Shown: positions 1 to 12,786, numbered from the stretch's first letter. The stretch: DNA of 64,000 nucleotides from Nemertoderma westbladi (GCA_032718475.1 JAUCBJ010006043.1:1-64000); one strand, 5' to 3'. Numbers and translations are program-made. The notes: generated by a model not told the origin, from the letters alone.

Positions 1-9
1 CTGTAGTGA

Positions 10-90
10 CTTAAGCGCCTTAGCGTACTGTTTAATTATTGTAAATTTGGCGCTATACAAATTTATTTTATTATTATTATTATTATTATT
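10..90 (+). mobile_element. 3' end of a SINE or L2-like non-LTR element with (TAT)n tail
   Basis: AAGCGCC...GGCGCTATACAAAT stem followed by a (TAT)n microsatellite tail, typical of L2-related 3' ends. Confidence 0.4.
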
Positions 91-385
91 ACTGGTACTG
101 CAGTACAGTCAACAGTCAGTCAGTCATTGACTTTAAGTAATAAATACTGCAGTCAGGCAGTATTATGCCAGTATGCTGGACTGCTGGATATTGAAGCTGT
201 ACTACAGTCTGACAGTACTTACTGACTTATAGTGTAAATAATTGTTCAGATTAAAATATGCACGAAATATAATACTTTATTAAAAAATTAACTTCGGCAA
301 TATTTTTACCGGAGCCGGAGCAGGAGCCGGAGGTGCCAAAATGGCCGGAGCCGGAGCCGGAGGCCGGAGCTCCGATCGAGCCCTA
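91..385. mobile_element. Partial hAT-type MITE (one end, reverse orientation relative to 740-3384)
   Basis: Ends in CTCCGATCGAGCCCTA TIR with (GGAGCC)n subterminal repeats; reverse complement of the left part of the 2190-2961 copy. Confidence 0.8.
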
Positions 386-731
386 GTTGCTACACAAGAC
401 TACTAAGGGCAGCCCTAAACATCAGCTGTCCCCGGAGACAACACATGACAAACGCCGAGCTTTATGGTACAATACCACCTGTATCAACCACCCTCCATGA
501 ACGCAGATTACGATTCAGTGGGCACTGCTGGTGAAGTAAAGGCGAGGTCACACCAGATCTACTTTTCTGGCAAACAACTCATGGAAAGCGTAGTTGTGGA
601 CGACCGGCCATAACATATATAGATCAACTTGAAAGGGATACTGAACTTGGGAGAAACGAAATTGCGACAACTATGGAGAATCGGGAAGCCTGGAAGGATC
701 TCATTTCCACTGTCCGAGTTCGCTCGACGTA
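386..731 (+). pseudogene. C-terminal fragment of an RTE-clade LINE ORF
   Basis: Hand translation CYTRLLRAALNIS..QHMTNAELYGTIPPVSTTLHERRLRFSGHCW*..LLFWQTTHGKRSCGRPAITYIDQLERDT matches the typical RTE C-terminus. It has a stop and frameshifts; an (AGT)n tail resumes after the MITE at ~3390. Confidence 0.75.
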
Positions 732-908
732 GTACATAGTAGGGCTCGATCGGAGCTCCGGCCTCCGGCTCCGGCTCCGGCCATTTTGGCACCTCCGGCT
801 CCGGCTCCGGTAAAAATATTGCCGGAGTTAATTTTTTAATAAAGTATTATATTTCGTGCATATTCTATATTCTAATCTGAACAATTATTTAACACTATAA
901 GTACTGTA

Positions 909-1932
909 CAGTTAGGTACAATGGCCAAATCTGGCAATGATTGTGATTGCCATATTTGGCAACCAAGCAAAATCTGGCAACATTTCTGATTGCCTGATTT
1001 GGCAACTATATAAAGCCGTTGTTGCCATATTTGGCAACTTAACTAACTCATTGAATATGGATTATATGGTTCTGCGTCATTAAGTCGACTTCTACTGTTC
1101 TATGGCAGTATGGTCATTCCTTAGATCCTGAAATGTTAATGTTAGGCATAGAAAAAAGGCAAAGGGAAGGGGTAGGGCCAGGTTACAGGTTATACGTTTA
1201 ACTTATACCAGTAGCTGAGTAGTGCAGTAGTGGCATATTCTAAGTTCTAACCAATCAGCCAATACAGCAATATATCCTAATACATGAGGTGAGAATGAGA
1301 GTCACCTAACACAAACACAGACTGACTGGTGATAGTTTTTTTTGCTTTTTTGACATTTTTGCCGAATCCCTTAACCTGTTAACACGCGTTTTCGTTTTCT
1401 CAGTCTTTCTAAATTTTGACACTATTTTTCTTCCATCACGCCGTTTCTCAAACTTTAATGCCCCCTTCTGCCCTTGCCTTCTTGCTGCCTTTTGGTGATG
1501 TTAACGTTCTGACGTTGTCAAATATAAATCATCACAACAGCACAACTCGACAAGGGTAGGCATTAAGCAAGCAGTAAGCAATTTTGAAGTAATTTACAAT
1601 GACAGGGTTACTGACAGGGCTGCACAATAATAATTGTTGCCAAAAATGGCAACCATTATTTTTCTTTAATTCTAATGGTTGCCAAAAATGGCAATAATTA
1701 TTTTAGGCACATTTCGGCCTATTGCTAAGAGAAATTCAGACGATGATTTTTTTTCTTATACGGTCAATTATATTTAAATTTCGCGCTCTTTTCACTTAAC
1801 TATTTACCAAAATGCGATTTTGCTTCTGGGCGTGCGAAAATTAGAAAAACCAAAAGTTGCCAGATTTGGCAATAAACATTGCCATATGTGGCAACTTTTG
1901 AGGTTGCCAGATTTGGCCATTGTACCTAACTG
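909..1932. mobile_element. Non-autonomous DNA transposon with 29-bp TIRs, nested in the hAT MITE
   Basis: CAGTTAGGTACAATGGCCAAATCTGGCAA ... TTGCCAGATTTGGCCATTGTACCTAACTG; internal TTGCCA-N-TGGCAA palindromes; flanks CTGTA/CTGTA; absent from the sister MITE copy. Confidence 0.85.
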
Positions 1933-2189
1933 CTGTAGTACAGCTTCAATATCAAGTATAGGCCTAATCTGATAATACTGCAGTATTTACTTAGTTAAAG
2001 TCAATGACTGACTGACTGTACTGCAGTACTGGTACTGGCCAGCTGGCTGACTAGCAGACTATTATAGATAGGCCCTACTTTAAAAAATTGTAAATGCTAT
2101 GATTGTACACTGTCAGACTGTACCACTGCAGCCATTTACTTCTGTCATGCCAGCATACTGCTGTACTGTACTGCAGTACTGGTACACGT

Positions 2190-2961
2190 TAGGGCTCGAT
2201 CGGAGCTCCGGCCATTTTGGCACCTCCGGCTCCTGCTCCGGCTCCGGTAAAAATATTGCCGGAGTTAATTTTTTTAATAAAGTATTATATTTCGTGCATA
2301 TTCTCATCTGAACAATTATTTACACTATAAGTACTGAAGTAAGTAAAGTACTGTAGTACAGCTTCAATATCAAGAATAATACCGGTACTGCAGTATTTAC
2401 TTAAAGTCAATGACTGACTGACTGTACTGCAGTACTGGTACTGGGTACTGGCCAGCTGGCTGACTAGCAGACTATTACAGATAGGCCCTACTGTAAAAAA
2501 TTGTAAATGCTATGAATGTACACTGTAGCTGTACCACTGCAGCCATTTACTGCTGTCATGCCATGCCAGCATACTGTACTGCAGTACTGGCTGACTGGTA
2601 CACAGTACACGTACGGTAGGCTACCTACAGTACACACCTCTACCGCAGTTAGTGAGTTAGGTACTGTAGGTAATTTTTAGCGTCAGCGTCAGGCCGTCTG
2701 TCCTTGATAAATTAATTACTTAAATTTTAAATTGAAAATTCGTAAATCTATAAATTATGAAATTAATTAGACCTACAGTATGATTGATTATGCTGTTATG
2801 AGCGATTGGCGTACGATAACCATACTTTATTTTTTTTTAAATAAATAATTAAATTTTTAAAATTTTTGAAAAACTCCGGCTCCTGCTCCGGCTCCGGCCA
2901 AATTGTCCAACTCCGGCTCCTGCTCCGGCTCCGGCCAAATCCCAACTCCGATCGAGCCCTA
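2190..2961. mobile_element. hAT-type MITE (772 bp) inserted into a copy of its own family
   Basis: Same 16-bp TIRs; 8-bp TSD GTACACGT (2182-2189, 2962-2969). Confidence 0.9.
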
Positions 2962-3689
2962 GTACACGTACGGTAGGCTACCTACAGTCATGACAGTACA
3001 GACCTCTACCACAGTTAGACAGTTAGCGAGTTAGGTACTGTAGGTAATTTTTAGCCGTCAGTGTCAGGCCGTCGCCGTCAGCATCAGGCCGTCGCCGTCA
3101 GCGTCAGGCCGTCTGTCCGTGCTGCCTTGATAAATTAATTACTTAAATTTTAAATTGAAAATTCGTAAATCTATAAATTATGAAATTAATTAGACCTACA
3201 GTATGATTGATTATGAGCGATTGGCGAATGATAACCATACAGCCATACTTTATTTTTTTTTAAATAAATAATTAAATTTTTAAAATTTTTGAAAAACTCC
3301 GGCTCCTGCTCCGGCTCCGGCCAAATTGTCCAACTCCGGCTCCTGCTCCGGCTCCGGCCAAATCCCAACTCCGATCGAGCCCTAGTACATAGTAGTAGTA
3401 GTACACCTGTACATATACCAATACTGGTGAACCGGTACAATAAATAACAGTTGACAGTCAGTCGGGCACTTTGTCAATATTATGATTTGAAAAGTAAGAA
3501 ATGTTTTTTTGTAAAGAGAATATCTATTTTAATTAAAATATTGTTGAATCCAACCAATCTATATTGTTGTTTGTAATAATTTTAATGATATGTTTTATTG
3601 CATGTCAATATTGACATCTAATATCAATATTGACATGAACGCTGGGTTCTTATGTATATTTCACCCCCACCAAATTTATTTAGAGGCCT

Positions 3690-5615
3690 TCAAGTAACAT
3701 CACAAATACTGAAAAGAGCTGTCAAAACGCTTCAGTTAGACAGTTAGAGGCATTCTTGCTGCATTGTAAATACTGAAAAGAGCTTTTGAAACTATTCAGG
3801 CCTTCGCGCAGCATGTTAAATACTGAAAAAGAGCTACTAAAACCGTTCAGAGTCCTTTGTGCAGCATGATAAATGCCGAAAAGTGCAGTTGAAATTGTTC
3901 AGAGGGTTTCATGTATCATGAGAAAAACTGAAAAGAACTGATAAAACTGCCCACGCCCAGGGGCCTTCACACAGTTTGAAAAATACATAAAAGATCTTTC
4001 AAAGCTGCTCAGAGACCTTTGTGCAGCATGATAAACGCCGAAAAGAGATGTTGAAACTATTCAGAGCTTTGTGCAGCATGATAAATGCTGAAAAGAGCTG
4101 TTGAAACTGTTCAGAGGTCTTCGAGCAGCTTGAGAAGGACTGAAAATAAGTTTTGAAACTTTCAGCCTTCGCACAGAATCTGAAATTCTGAAGAGTTGAT
4201 AAAACTGTTCAGAGTTCTTCATGCAGCATGATAAATGCTGAAAATAACATTTGAAGTTGTTCAGAGTGCTTTGTGCAATATGAGCATGCCGAAAATAGCT
4301 GTTGAAACTGTTGTGAGGCCTTCGTGCAGCATGATAAATGCTGAAAAGAGCTGATAAAACTGTTCAGAGTCCTTCATGCAGCATGATAAATGCTGAAAAT
4401 ATCATTTGAAGTTGTTCAGAGGGCTTTGTGCAATATGACAATGTCGAAAATAGCTGTTGAAACTGTTCAGATGCCTTCGTGAATCATGATAAATGCTGAA
4501 AAGGGCTTTTAAAACTGCTAAAAAGGCCTTCATGCAGGATGAGAAATACTGAAAAGAGCTGATGAAACTGTTCAGAGTCCTTCATGCAGCATGATAAATG
4601 CAGCATGATAAATGATAAATGCTGAAAATAACATTTGAAGTTATTCAGTTCAGAGGGCTTTGTGCAATATGAGAATGCCGAAAATAGCTGTTGAAACTGT
4701 TGCAGAAGCCTTCGTGCAGCATGATAAATGCTGAAAAGGGCTGTTAAAACTGCTAAAAGGCCTTCATGCAGCATGAGAAATATTGAAAAGAGCTGATAAA
4801 ACTGTTCAGAGTCCTTCATGCAGCATGATAAATGCTGAAAATAACATTTGAAGTTGTTCAGAGGGCTTTGTGCAATATGAGAATGCCGAAAATAGCTGTT
4901 GAAACTGTTCAGATGCCTTCATGCAGCATGATAAATGCTGAAAAGGGCTGTTAAAATTGCTAAAAAGGCATTCATGCAGCATGATAAATACTGAAAAGAG
5001 CTGATAAAACTGTTCAGAGTCCTCAAGGCAGCATGATAAATGCTGAAAATAACATTTGAAGTTGTTCAGAGGACTTCGTGCAGTATGAGAATGCCGAAAA
5101 TAGCTGTCGAATCTGTTTAGAGGCTTTCGTGCAGCATGGGAAATGCTGAAAAGAGCTGTTGAAACTGTTAAAAGCCCTCGTGCAGCATGATAAATATCGA
5201 GAAGAGCTCATAAAACTGTTCAGAATCCTTCATGCAGCATGATAAATGCTGAAAAGACCAGTTGACATTGTTCCTGAGGGCTTCGTGCAACATGAGAAAT
5301 GTTGAAAATAGCTGTTAGAACTGTTCAGAGACCTTCATGAGTTCATGCAGCATGATAAATGCTGAAATGAGCTGTTTAAATTGTTCAGAGGCCTTTGTGC
5401 TGTGCAGCTTGATAAATACTGAAATAGCTGCGAAATTATCCAGGCCTTTGCGCAGCATGTGAAATGCTTTGAAACTGTAAAAGGTTTTGAAACTGTTCTG
5501 AAGCCTTTGCGATCGTCGCAATTTTCCAACCATGCAGACACGAATTGTTGAAACAATTCAGAGGCCTTCGTGCAGCATGGGAAATACTGAAAAGGACTGT
5601 TGAAACGGTTGATAA
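3690..5615. repeat. ~52-bp tandem satellite with a ~208-bp (4-mer) higher-order period in the middle
   Basis: Consensus GCAGCATGATAAATGCTGAAAAGAGCTGTTGAAACTGTTCAGAGGCCTTCGT; the variant AATAACATTTGAAGTT recurs at ~4242, 4398, 4627, 4839 and 5048. Confidence 0.9.
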
Positions 5616-6580
5616 GGTAGGCCTATACTATGACAGATACTTAAACTGAATGCCAAATAATATAAATGATCAGACCACCCTGAAAACATACAGTAGCTGT
5701 TAACACTGTAACATGCCAAGCCAATCGCCAATACTGATAAACAACAACTATTATTTATTTATTTATTACTTCTTTAATAGCTGAATAGGGGGGGGGGGGG
5801 GGGGGGACTGGACGCAATACAAATTATTAGTTTCCAGTTACGAATTCGAGCAATCAGTGTCAGTTAACCTTTTATCATCAGCGTACCATATCGTAGTTGG
5901 TTCGGGGAGACAAAGTAGGCCTACCATATGTTAGAGACCCCCCCCCCCCCCCCCCCCACCCCCCGTCTCAAGGCAGCAAGCAGGCAAGGAACCAGAGATG
6001 CTAAATTTATTGTTACCAAATTATTAAAAGCTGTTACACAGTGTTAAGTGGATAAGACTGTAAGTGTAAGATATATTATAAAAACATTAAGCCTACATGT
6101 GATCCAGTAATCAGTCAGTATGTAGCTTTGTCAGGTATAAATTATAGTTCTGTAGTTATAGTACTGTAGTATAGTCTGTAGTGGGTAGTCTATAGGGTGG
6201 CGTGGCCTAACCCCACACTTCTGTTCTCATCATTACATGTCAATTTTGACATGTACGTCTATTTTAACATGAGAAAAACTTTAAGTATTTATATTAACTT
6301 AACGGCACGGTGAAAACAATTTCCGCACGGTCAAAAGTTTCTAATTTACTTATAAATTCGATTTTTATATTTAAAAAACACTTCTGGAAATATTTGAACA
6401 CATCACAGCATCAGGTAAAAAAATGTCAATATTGACATGTCCATGTCAATTTTGACATGCCCCATCCTGGAGAAACTAGCTCTACATGTCAATACTGCGT
6501 GTAATACTGCAGTTGTTAAAAATTCAGTGCCCCTGAAACCGGAAAGAACCGAAATACCGGTACGAGTATTAAACAATACA

Positions 6581-8570
6581 AGATAGATAGATTTTTATTT
6601 ATACATTATGTAAAAACAATAACAAATACACCAAACAATGTACCGGTATAAAGGTATTGTCCAACATAACATATAGGATTACCCCTAAAGCTTTGCAGCT
6701 TATTTCCAAGGGGGTCCTTTATGTTACTTGGTTACAAATACAATATTACACTACGCTAACCTAAAACCAATATAAAACGTAATTACACTATGTACATGTA
6801 CAACTTTACCGAGAGCGTGACAATGTCCGACTCAACGATAAAGATGTAATGTCTACAGAACAATTTATTATAAAACGTAATTACAGTATAAATAGTAAAT
6901 AATTAATAAACTAATAACTTACTGTAGGACTATTGTACCTATTTTTACATTGCACACGGAGATGAGATTTAACTGCAGATTTAAAAGAATGTTGATTATC
7001 TAGGTTTTTAATTTCATTTGGCAGAGCGTTCCAATTTTTTATGCCGTTAAAAAAGAAAGTATCAGATTCAAAGGATTTACAATTCGGGAGGTAGAAGTTT
7101 GAAGCACTAGCTCTGGTACTGTAAGAGTGTGTATCGCGTACTCTGTTGAATTTTTGTTTTAGGTAATTGGGACATTTACCATTATACACTTTATGCACAT
7201 GGTTAAGGCGTAGCTGCTTAACTCTACTATCTAAGTTAAGTAGTCCAGATTCAGAAAAGTCATCTGGAGTTAGGTGGTGCCTAGGTTTGTAGTCTTTAAT
7301 AAATCGTACTACTTTATTCTGAGCTACTTGTAATTTACATTTAAGCTGTTTGGTTAAGCCTTCATACCAAGAAGAGCACGCATAGTCCATGTGACACTGT
7401 ATTAAAGAAGAGCAAAGTAACTTGCGGGAGTCGGTGTTTAAACTATTTTTATTTCTGTATAGAAACCTAAGCCTACTGTTAACTTTCGAGAAAATATTTT
7501 TCACTATGCTTTCTCCTGATAAGCAGTTATCCAATGTGGCGCCTAAATATTTAACTTCCTTTTTATTTTCAATCTTATGTCCATTACTAGTGACTTCAAA
7601 CTTAGTTACCTTCTTTAACTTTCTTTTGGAACCAAACAAAATACTTTCAGTCTTACCGTAGTGAATGGATAGCTTATTATCAACCAACCACTCATTACAG
7701 GATTCTAGAACTGCACTTAACTTTTGGGAAATATGGATAGGATCTTTATGAGAGAAAATAAGAGCACTGTCGTCGGCATATAAAATGAGTTTAAAATCGG
7801 GATCTATACTACTTATCATATCATTTACATAGCAAACAAAAAGCAGAGGACCTAATATACTACCTTGCGGTACACCACAGGTAATCTCTTGTACAGTAGA
7901 CTGCGATTTGCTAATGACTACAGTTTGACCTCTGTCTGACAGGTAGGACTTGAACCAGTCTATAGAACCTACACCCATCAGGCCTAACTTACCAAGCAGA
8001 ATTTCGTGATCTACAGTATCGAAAGCCTTTTGTAGGTCCAACATTACCATACCAGTATATAAACCCTTTGCGTTATTACATCTAATTGTATCAGTTAAGT
8101 TAATAAGGCAGGTGTCTGTAGAATATGATTTACGAAAACCGGACTGAAGTTCATAGATCAGATTTAGCCTACTAAGATGTGCCTCCAGCTGTAGAAAAAC
8201 AGAACGTTCTAAAATTTTAGATACAATACTTAAGATACTAACAGGTCTGTAATTACAGGGTTCTACTTTACTATTCTTTTTATACAGAGGAACAACCTTA
8301 GCTAATTTCAGTTCGTTTGGTACTACATTATCTACGATAGAGTAATTAATGATAAAAGTAATAGGCACTTTAAGTACTTCAGCACCATCCTTAAGAAAAC
8401 GGGCAGGTATTAGGTCTAGACCGGTACTTTTTGAGGCTGATAGGCTAAGTAGATTTTTAAAAACGAAATCCACAGAAACGGGTTTTAAAAATAACTTTTC
8501 TGAATTTTGTAACTTTTCTAAATAAAAATTATTTAGAGTTTCGGACCCTATACTATATTTATTACTTGCA
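6581..8570 (-). mobile_element. 5'-truncated CR1-group (L2/Crack-like) LINE
   Basis: RT ORF, 3' UTR, AATAAA and (ATCT)n tail on the minus strand. Confidence 0.85.
6911..8473 (-). CDS. Non-LTR reverse transcriptase (5'-truncated ORF2)
   Basis: [40 protein letters not shown] motifs; C-terminal HSYSTR. Confidence 0.92.
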   Translation of the reverse strand: MDFVFKNLLSLSASKSTGLDLIPARFLKDGAEVLKVPITFIINYSIVDNVVPNELKLAKVVPLYKKNSKVEPCNYRPVSILSIVSKILERSVFLQLEAHLSRLNLIYELQSGFRKSYSTDTCLINLTDTIRCNNAKGLYTGMVMLDLQKAFDTVDHEILLGKLGLMGVGSIDWFKSYLSDRGQTVVISKSQSTVQEITCGVPQGSILGPLLFVCYVNDMISSIDPDFKLILYADDSALIFSHKDPIHISQKLSAVLESCNEWLVDNKLSIHYGKTESILFGSKRKLKKVTKFEVTSNGHKIENKKEVKYLGATLDNCLSGESIVKNIFSKVNSRLRFLYRNKNSLNTDSRKLLCSSLIQCHMDYACSSWYEGLTKQLKCKLQVAQNKVVRFIKDYKPRHHLTPDDFSESGLLNLDSRVKQLRLNHVHKVYNGKCPNYLKQKFNRVRDTHSYSTRASASNFYLPNCKSFESDTFFFNGIKNWNALPNEIKNLDNQHSFKSAVKSHLRVQCKNRYNSPTVSY

Positions 8571-8946
8571 AATTAATTTCACCCTTTTTTGAGGGAAAGG
8601 AGCAGATTACATAGGCTAGGCAGGCTATTCTAACTGCCATTTTAGAGTGGAATTTTCAACTTAAAAGTTGAATTTAAAAAAAAAAGTTTTAAATTTCAAC
8701 TCAGTTGAAATTTGAACTTCTCCCGGACTGTTATATTGTGTATTGTAAGTCCTATTATGATTATACGAACAGTAGCCTACTAACTTTTACTGTATGCCAG
8801 TCAAAATCCTCATGAATCAAAGTTCTATCAGTCTATCAATCATTTCATACTTGACCTACTTGACTGGCTATTGACAATGTAGCGGCACATATTTCGGCGC
8901 AGTTGCATTTGCTTACAATTAATTATATTTGTATACAAGTGTAGTG

Positions 8947-10260
8947 TAGGGCAGGGCTCGATCTGTCGATCGGAGTTGGGATTTGGCCGGAGCCGGAGCC
9001 CCGGAGCAGGAGTTGGACAATTTGGCCGGAGCCGGAATGGAGCCGGAGTTTTTCAAAAATGTAAAAAATTTAATTGCCTAGGCCTAATTAAGCAAAAAAA
9101 TAAAGTATGGTTATCGTTCGCCAATCGCATGCTCCTAGGCAGCTAGGTCTAATTAATTTCATAATTTAGGTAGGCCTATAGATTTACGAATTTTCGATTT
9201 AAAATTTAAGTAGGCCTAATTAATTTATCACGGACAGGCGGCCTGACACTGACGGCTAAAAATTACCTACAGTACCTAACTCGTCTAACTGTGATACATA
9301 CAGAAATAGGTGTGTGTACTGTAGGTACCGTACGCGTACCAGCAGTACTGTATTGTATTGTATTGTATTTGCTCTCCATAACATAATTAAACTGCATAAA
9401 ATGGATAATGGACATTTCAAAATATTATACAGTAAATAAACAATATTATAGTTCATAGTTATGTTTTGAATAGGAGGGAGAAGACCGCCAAGGCATATAG
9501 CACTAATAGTTGTCCCAAGTGAAAGTAAAATATTATCATATATTTAAAATATACTCCAAAAATATAAAATAAAAATAAAATAGGGGAACGCACCGATCGC
9601 AGGCATGACATCAGTAAATGGCTGCAGTGGTACAGTGTACATGTACAAGCATTTACAAATTTTTACAGTCAGACAGTAGGGCCTACGCCTACCTACCTGT
9701 AATAGTGTCTGCTAGTCAGCAAGTACCAGTACTGCAGTACGGAGTATGATAACCATTACATTTATGGTGTAGGCCTATGTGTTGACAGGCCTATTACTGC
9801 TGTACAGGTACTGTATTAGGCTATTACATTGCAGCATTGTTAGGCTAGGGCAGTACGGTACTGTATTACCTACTAAACTGAAACATTTTACAGTTCACAT
9901 TGTCATACAGACTTGAAGTGCTGGAGTACCAGGCACAGCTGTTGGCAGTTGGACTAATAGTGTGTGACTCAGAGTCAGCCAGTCAGACAGTCAGTCAGTC
10001 AGTCATTGACTGTAAGTAAATACTGCAGTACCTATTCTGGTATTATGCTTGACTGCTTGATATTGAATCTGTAGTACAGTACTTATAGCTGTATAGTGTA
10101 AATAATTGTCCAGATTAGAATATGTACGAAATATAATACTTTATTAAAAAATTAACTCCTGCAATATTTTTACTGGAGCCGGAGCCGGAGCAGGAGCTGG
10201 AGGTGCCAAAATGGCCTGAGCCGGAGCCGGAGGCCGGAGCTCCGATCGAGCCGAGCCCTA
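8947..10260. mobile_element. Older, diverged copy of the hAT-type MITE (reverse orientation, with internal insertions)
   Basis: Degenerate TIRs (AGGGCTCGATC...CGATCGAGCCGAGCCCTA) and internal homology to 2190-2961; no clear TSD. Confidence 0.75.
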
Positions 10261-10534
10261 GCAGTGCATGTATTGTATAACTGTATAGTGTATAATACTG
10301 ATCCGTATGGAATCCATCCAAAAAGTGCGCCGGATACAGTCTGGGAAATTAGCCCGATAGGGAAACTTATTTATTTCCCTATAGGGAAATTTGTGTTTCC
10401 ATATAGGGAAATCACAGTTTTCCCTATATAGGGAAATTATGCAAATCTTGGTTTTTAATTAATTTTACATGATTTTTATTTATTTTAGACTATACATGTT
10501 CTGTTTTATTAATAATGAATAGGCCTCAATATTA

Positions 10535-11184
10535 AGTAACTGAAATTAGCTAAGCTAGGTTGTTCCTCTGTATAAAAAGAATAGTAAAGTAGAACCCTGT
10601 AATTACAGACCTGTTAGTATCTTAAATATGTATCTATAATTCTAGAACGTTCTGTTTTTCTACAGCTGGAGGAACATCTTAGTAGGCTAAATCTCATCTA
10701 TGAACTTCAGTCCGGCTTTCGTAAATCATATTCTACAGACACCTACCTGCCTTATTAACTTAACTGATACAATTAGATGTAATAACGCAAAGGGTTTATA
10801 TACTGGTATGGTAATGTTGGACCTACAAAAGGCTTTCGATACTGTAGATCACGAAATTCTGCTTGGTAAGTTAGGCCTGATGGGTGTAGGTTCTATAGAC
10901 TGGTTCAAGTCCTACCTGTCAGACAGAGGTCAAACTGTAGTCATTAGCAAATCGCTGTCTACTGTACAAGAGATTACCTGTGGTGTACCGCAAGGTAGTA
11001 TATTAGGTCCTCTGCTTTTTGTATGCTATGTAAATGATATGATAAGTAGTATAGATCCCGATTTTAAACTCATTTTATATGCCGACGACAGTGCTCTTAT
11101 TTTCTCTCATAAAGATCATATCCATATTTCCCAAAAGTTAAGTCCAGTTCTAGAATCCTGTAATGAGTGGTTGGTTGATAATAA
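10535..11184 (+). pseudogene. Second fragment of the same CR1-group LINE RT, cut by the LTR of element A
   Basis: Near-identical to the reverse complement of ~7673-8315; homology stops exactly at TGTTGCC (11185). Confidence 0.9.
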
Positions 11185-12612
11185 TGTTGCCGTTATCCCT
11201 ACACCAGGGGGGAAAAACGCCGATGCTGGAGACGTGACTTTACAGACCACCGAGCCCCGGCCAGTCACCGGATATTGATTGTGGAGAAGGAATGATTTCT
11301 GAGATGCAGGGTTGCGGTTGAGAAAAAGCTGCATTAGTTGGATATACTCTTTAATGTAACTGAACTCTGTTGAACCTTGTTGAACAATATTGAACCCTGT
11401 TGAACCCTGATTGAGAATAATTTTGGGCTTCCCCAAATCAATATACACCAAATATTCACAATAATTATACACGACAATATAAATCCCTACAGTATATTAT
11501 TTAATTACCCACTGTTCGCTCGGATTTTAGCCTAACTAATGTTCCCCAGATTTTCCCTCGGTCCTAGTCTTGATGCCGTAGTGTCGGTGTCGGTCGACCC
11601 TGTCGCGTGTCCGTTCCACCCCTCACGAACCCCGAAGGGAACGATCATCGAGAACCAGCACGGCTTGGCTAAGGGTCGGTCCAGTCGGTAGACTCTGTCG
11701 CGTGTCCGTTCCACCCCTCACGAACCCCGAAGGGTTCGATCATCGAGAACCAGAACGGCTTGGCTAGGGGTCCGTCGGTTCATCGCAGAAACCCAACCAC
11801 CTAGGCTTTCCGAGTCCCTTTCAGGCTCGTAGTCGCTTCGGCAGCCGAGAAACTGCTCCGAACAGTCGGTAGGCCAGTAGAGTCTAGTCCTTTGTCTTTC
11901 GACCCCGTCGCATGTCCGTCCCACCCCTCATGAACCCCGAAGGGAACGATCATCAAGAACCAGTACGACTTGGCTAAGGGGTCTGTCGTCGGTTCCCGTC
12001 GCAGATCCCCGGTACAAGCAGTTAGCGTTCCGAGTTCTTTTCAGTCTCGTAATAACTGCTGTTGACCAGAGACCGCTAAGGGCAGTCCTCGTCAAACCCT
12101 TCCTCTGTAAGTCGGTAGACCCTTTCGCGTGTCCGTCCCACCCCTCACGAACCCCGAAGGGAACGATCATCGAGAACCAGTACGGCTTGGCTAGGGGTCT
12201 GTCGTGTCGTTTCCCGTCGCAAATCCCTGACACAAGCAGTCAGCGTTCCGAGTTCTTTTCAGTCTCGTAATAACTGCTGTTGGCCAGGGACCGCTAAGGG
12301 CAGTCCTTGTCCTTTAGGCCTGGCGCGTTACCAAATCCACCTCTACAGGCAGCAGGAAGTTGGCCAGGGCCTAATAGTAATCAGGCTAACCTGAATACTG
12401 CTTGAATTTTCCATCCCCCCTGGCCCTTATAAACATGAAATTAGTCCCGTACCCTGTAAGTCGCCCCAAAGTTCGCCCATAAATCACCCCCAGTGTATAG
12501 AATGTGCCCAAAACCCATGGTCCCGCACCCAGTAGTAATATCGGAATAATCATTTTAAATAAATACAAAAAATATTCAACTCGCGTTATAAAAAGTTGAA
12601 ATACCGCGAACA
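11185..12612 (-). repeat. 3' LTR of element A (~1428 bp)
   Basis: Minus strand reads TGTTCGCGG...GGCAACA, preceded by the PPT GGGGGGGAC (12613-12621). It abuts the interrupted LINE. There is no second copy in the window to confirm the boundaries. Confidence 0.7.
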
Positions 12613-12786
12613 GTCCCCCCCAATGACCTTCGTGAAGTCCGTTGGTAGATTGAGTTTGCGTAGGTCATTCCCAATATAAAAAACCCAAATTTAATATTGC
12701 ATAGTTTTAATTAATTTGGCCTAGAGTTTATATATATATGTATAAAAATAAATGTTCGATAAATGTTCCTGGAATATCCCGATCCA

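Larger units (their letters stand above)
740..3384. mobile_element. hAT-type non-autonomous element (MITE) hosting two nested insertions
   Basis: 16-bp perfect TIR TAGGGCTCGATCGGAG/CTCCGATCGAGCCCTA; 8-bp TSD GTACATAG (732-739, 3385-3392); (CTCCGG)n subterminal repeats. Confidence 0.9.

Noticed and set aside
559-3440. Short ORFs encoding PEPEPE or SGSGSG tracts
   Set aside because: They are translations of the MITE's (CTCCGG)n subterminal repeats
4484-5556. ORFs in the 52-bp array; CRISPR-like periodicity
   Set aside because: Head-to-tail satellite with no unique spacers and no cas genes, in a eukaryotic context
5788-5963. Poly-G and poly-C runs forming an inverted pair
   Set aside because: Such homopolymers are frequent throughout the window and there is no additional complementarity
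10700-11278. 192-aa stand-alone RT gene
   Set aside because: LINE fragment whose last ~30 aa are read-through into the LTR of A
11596-12312. LTR repeats as a CRISPR array or hammerhead ribozymes
   Set aside because: The spacers are homologous to one another, and no CUGANGA/GAAA hammerhead core in proper stems was found on either strand; kept only as unknown structured RNA
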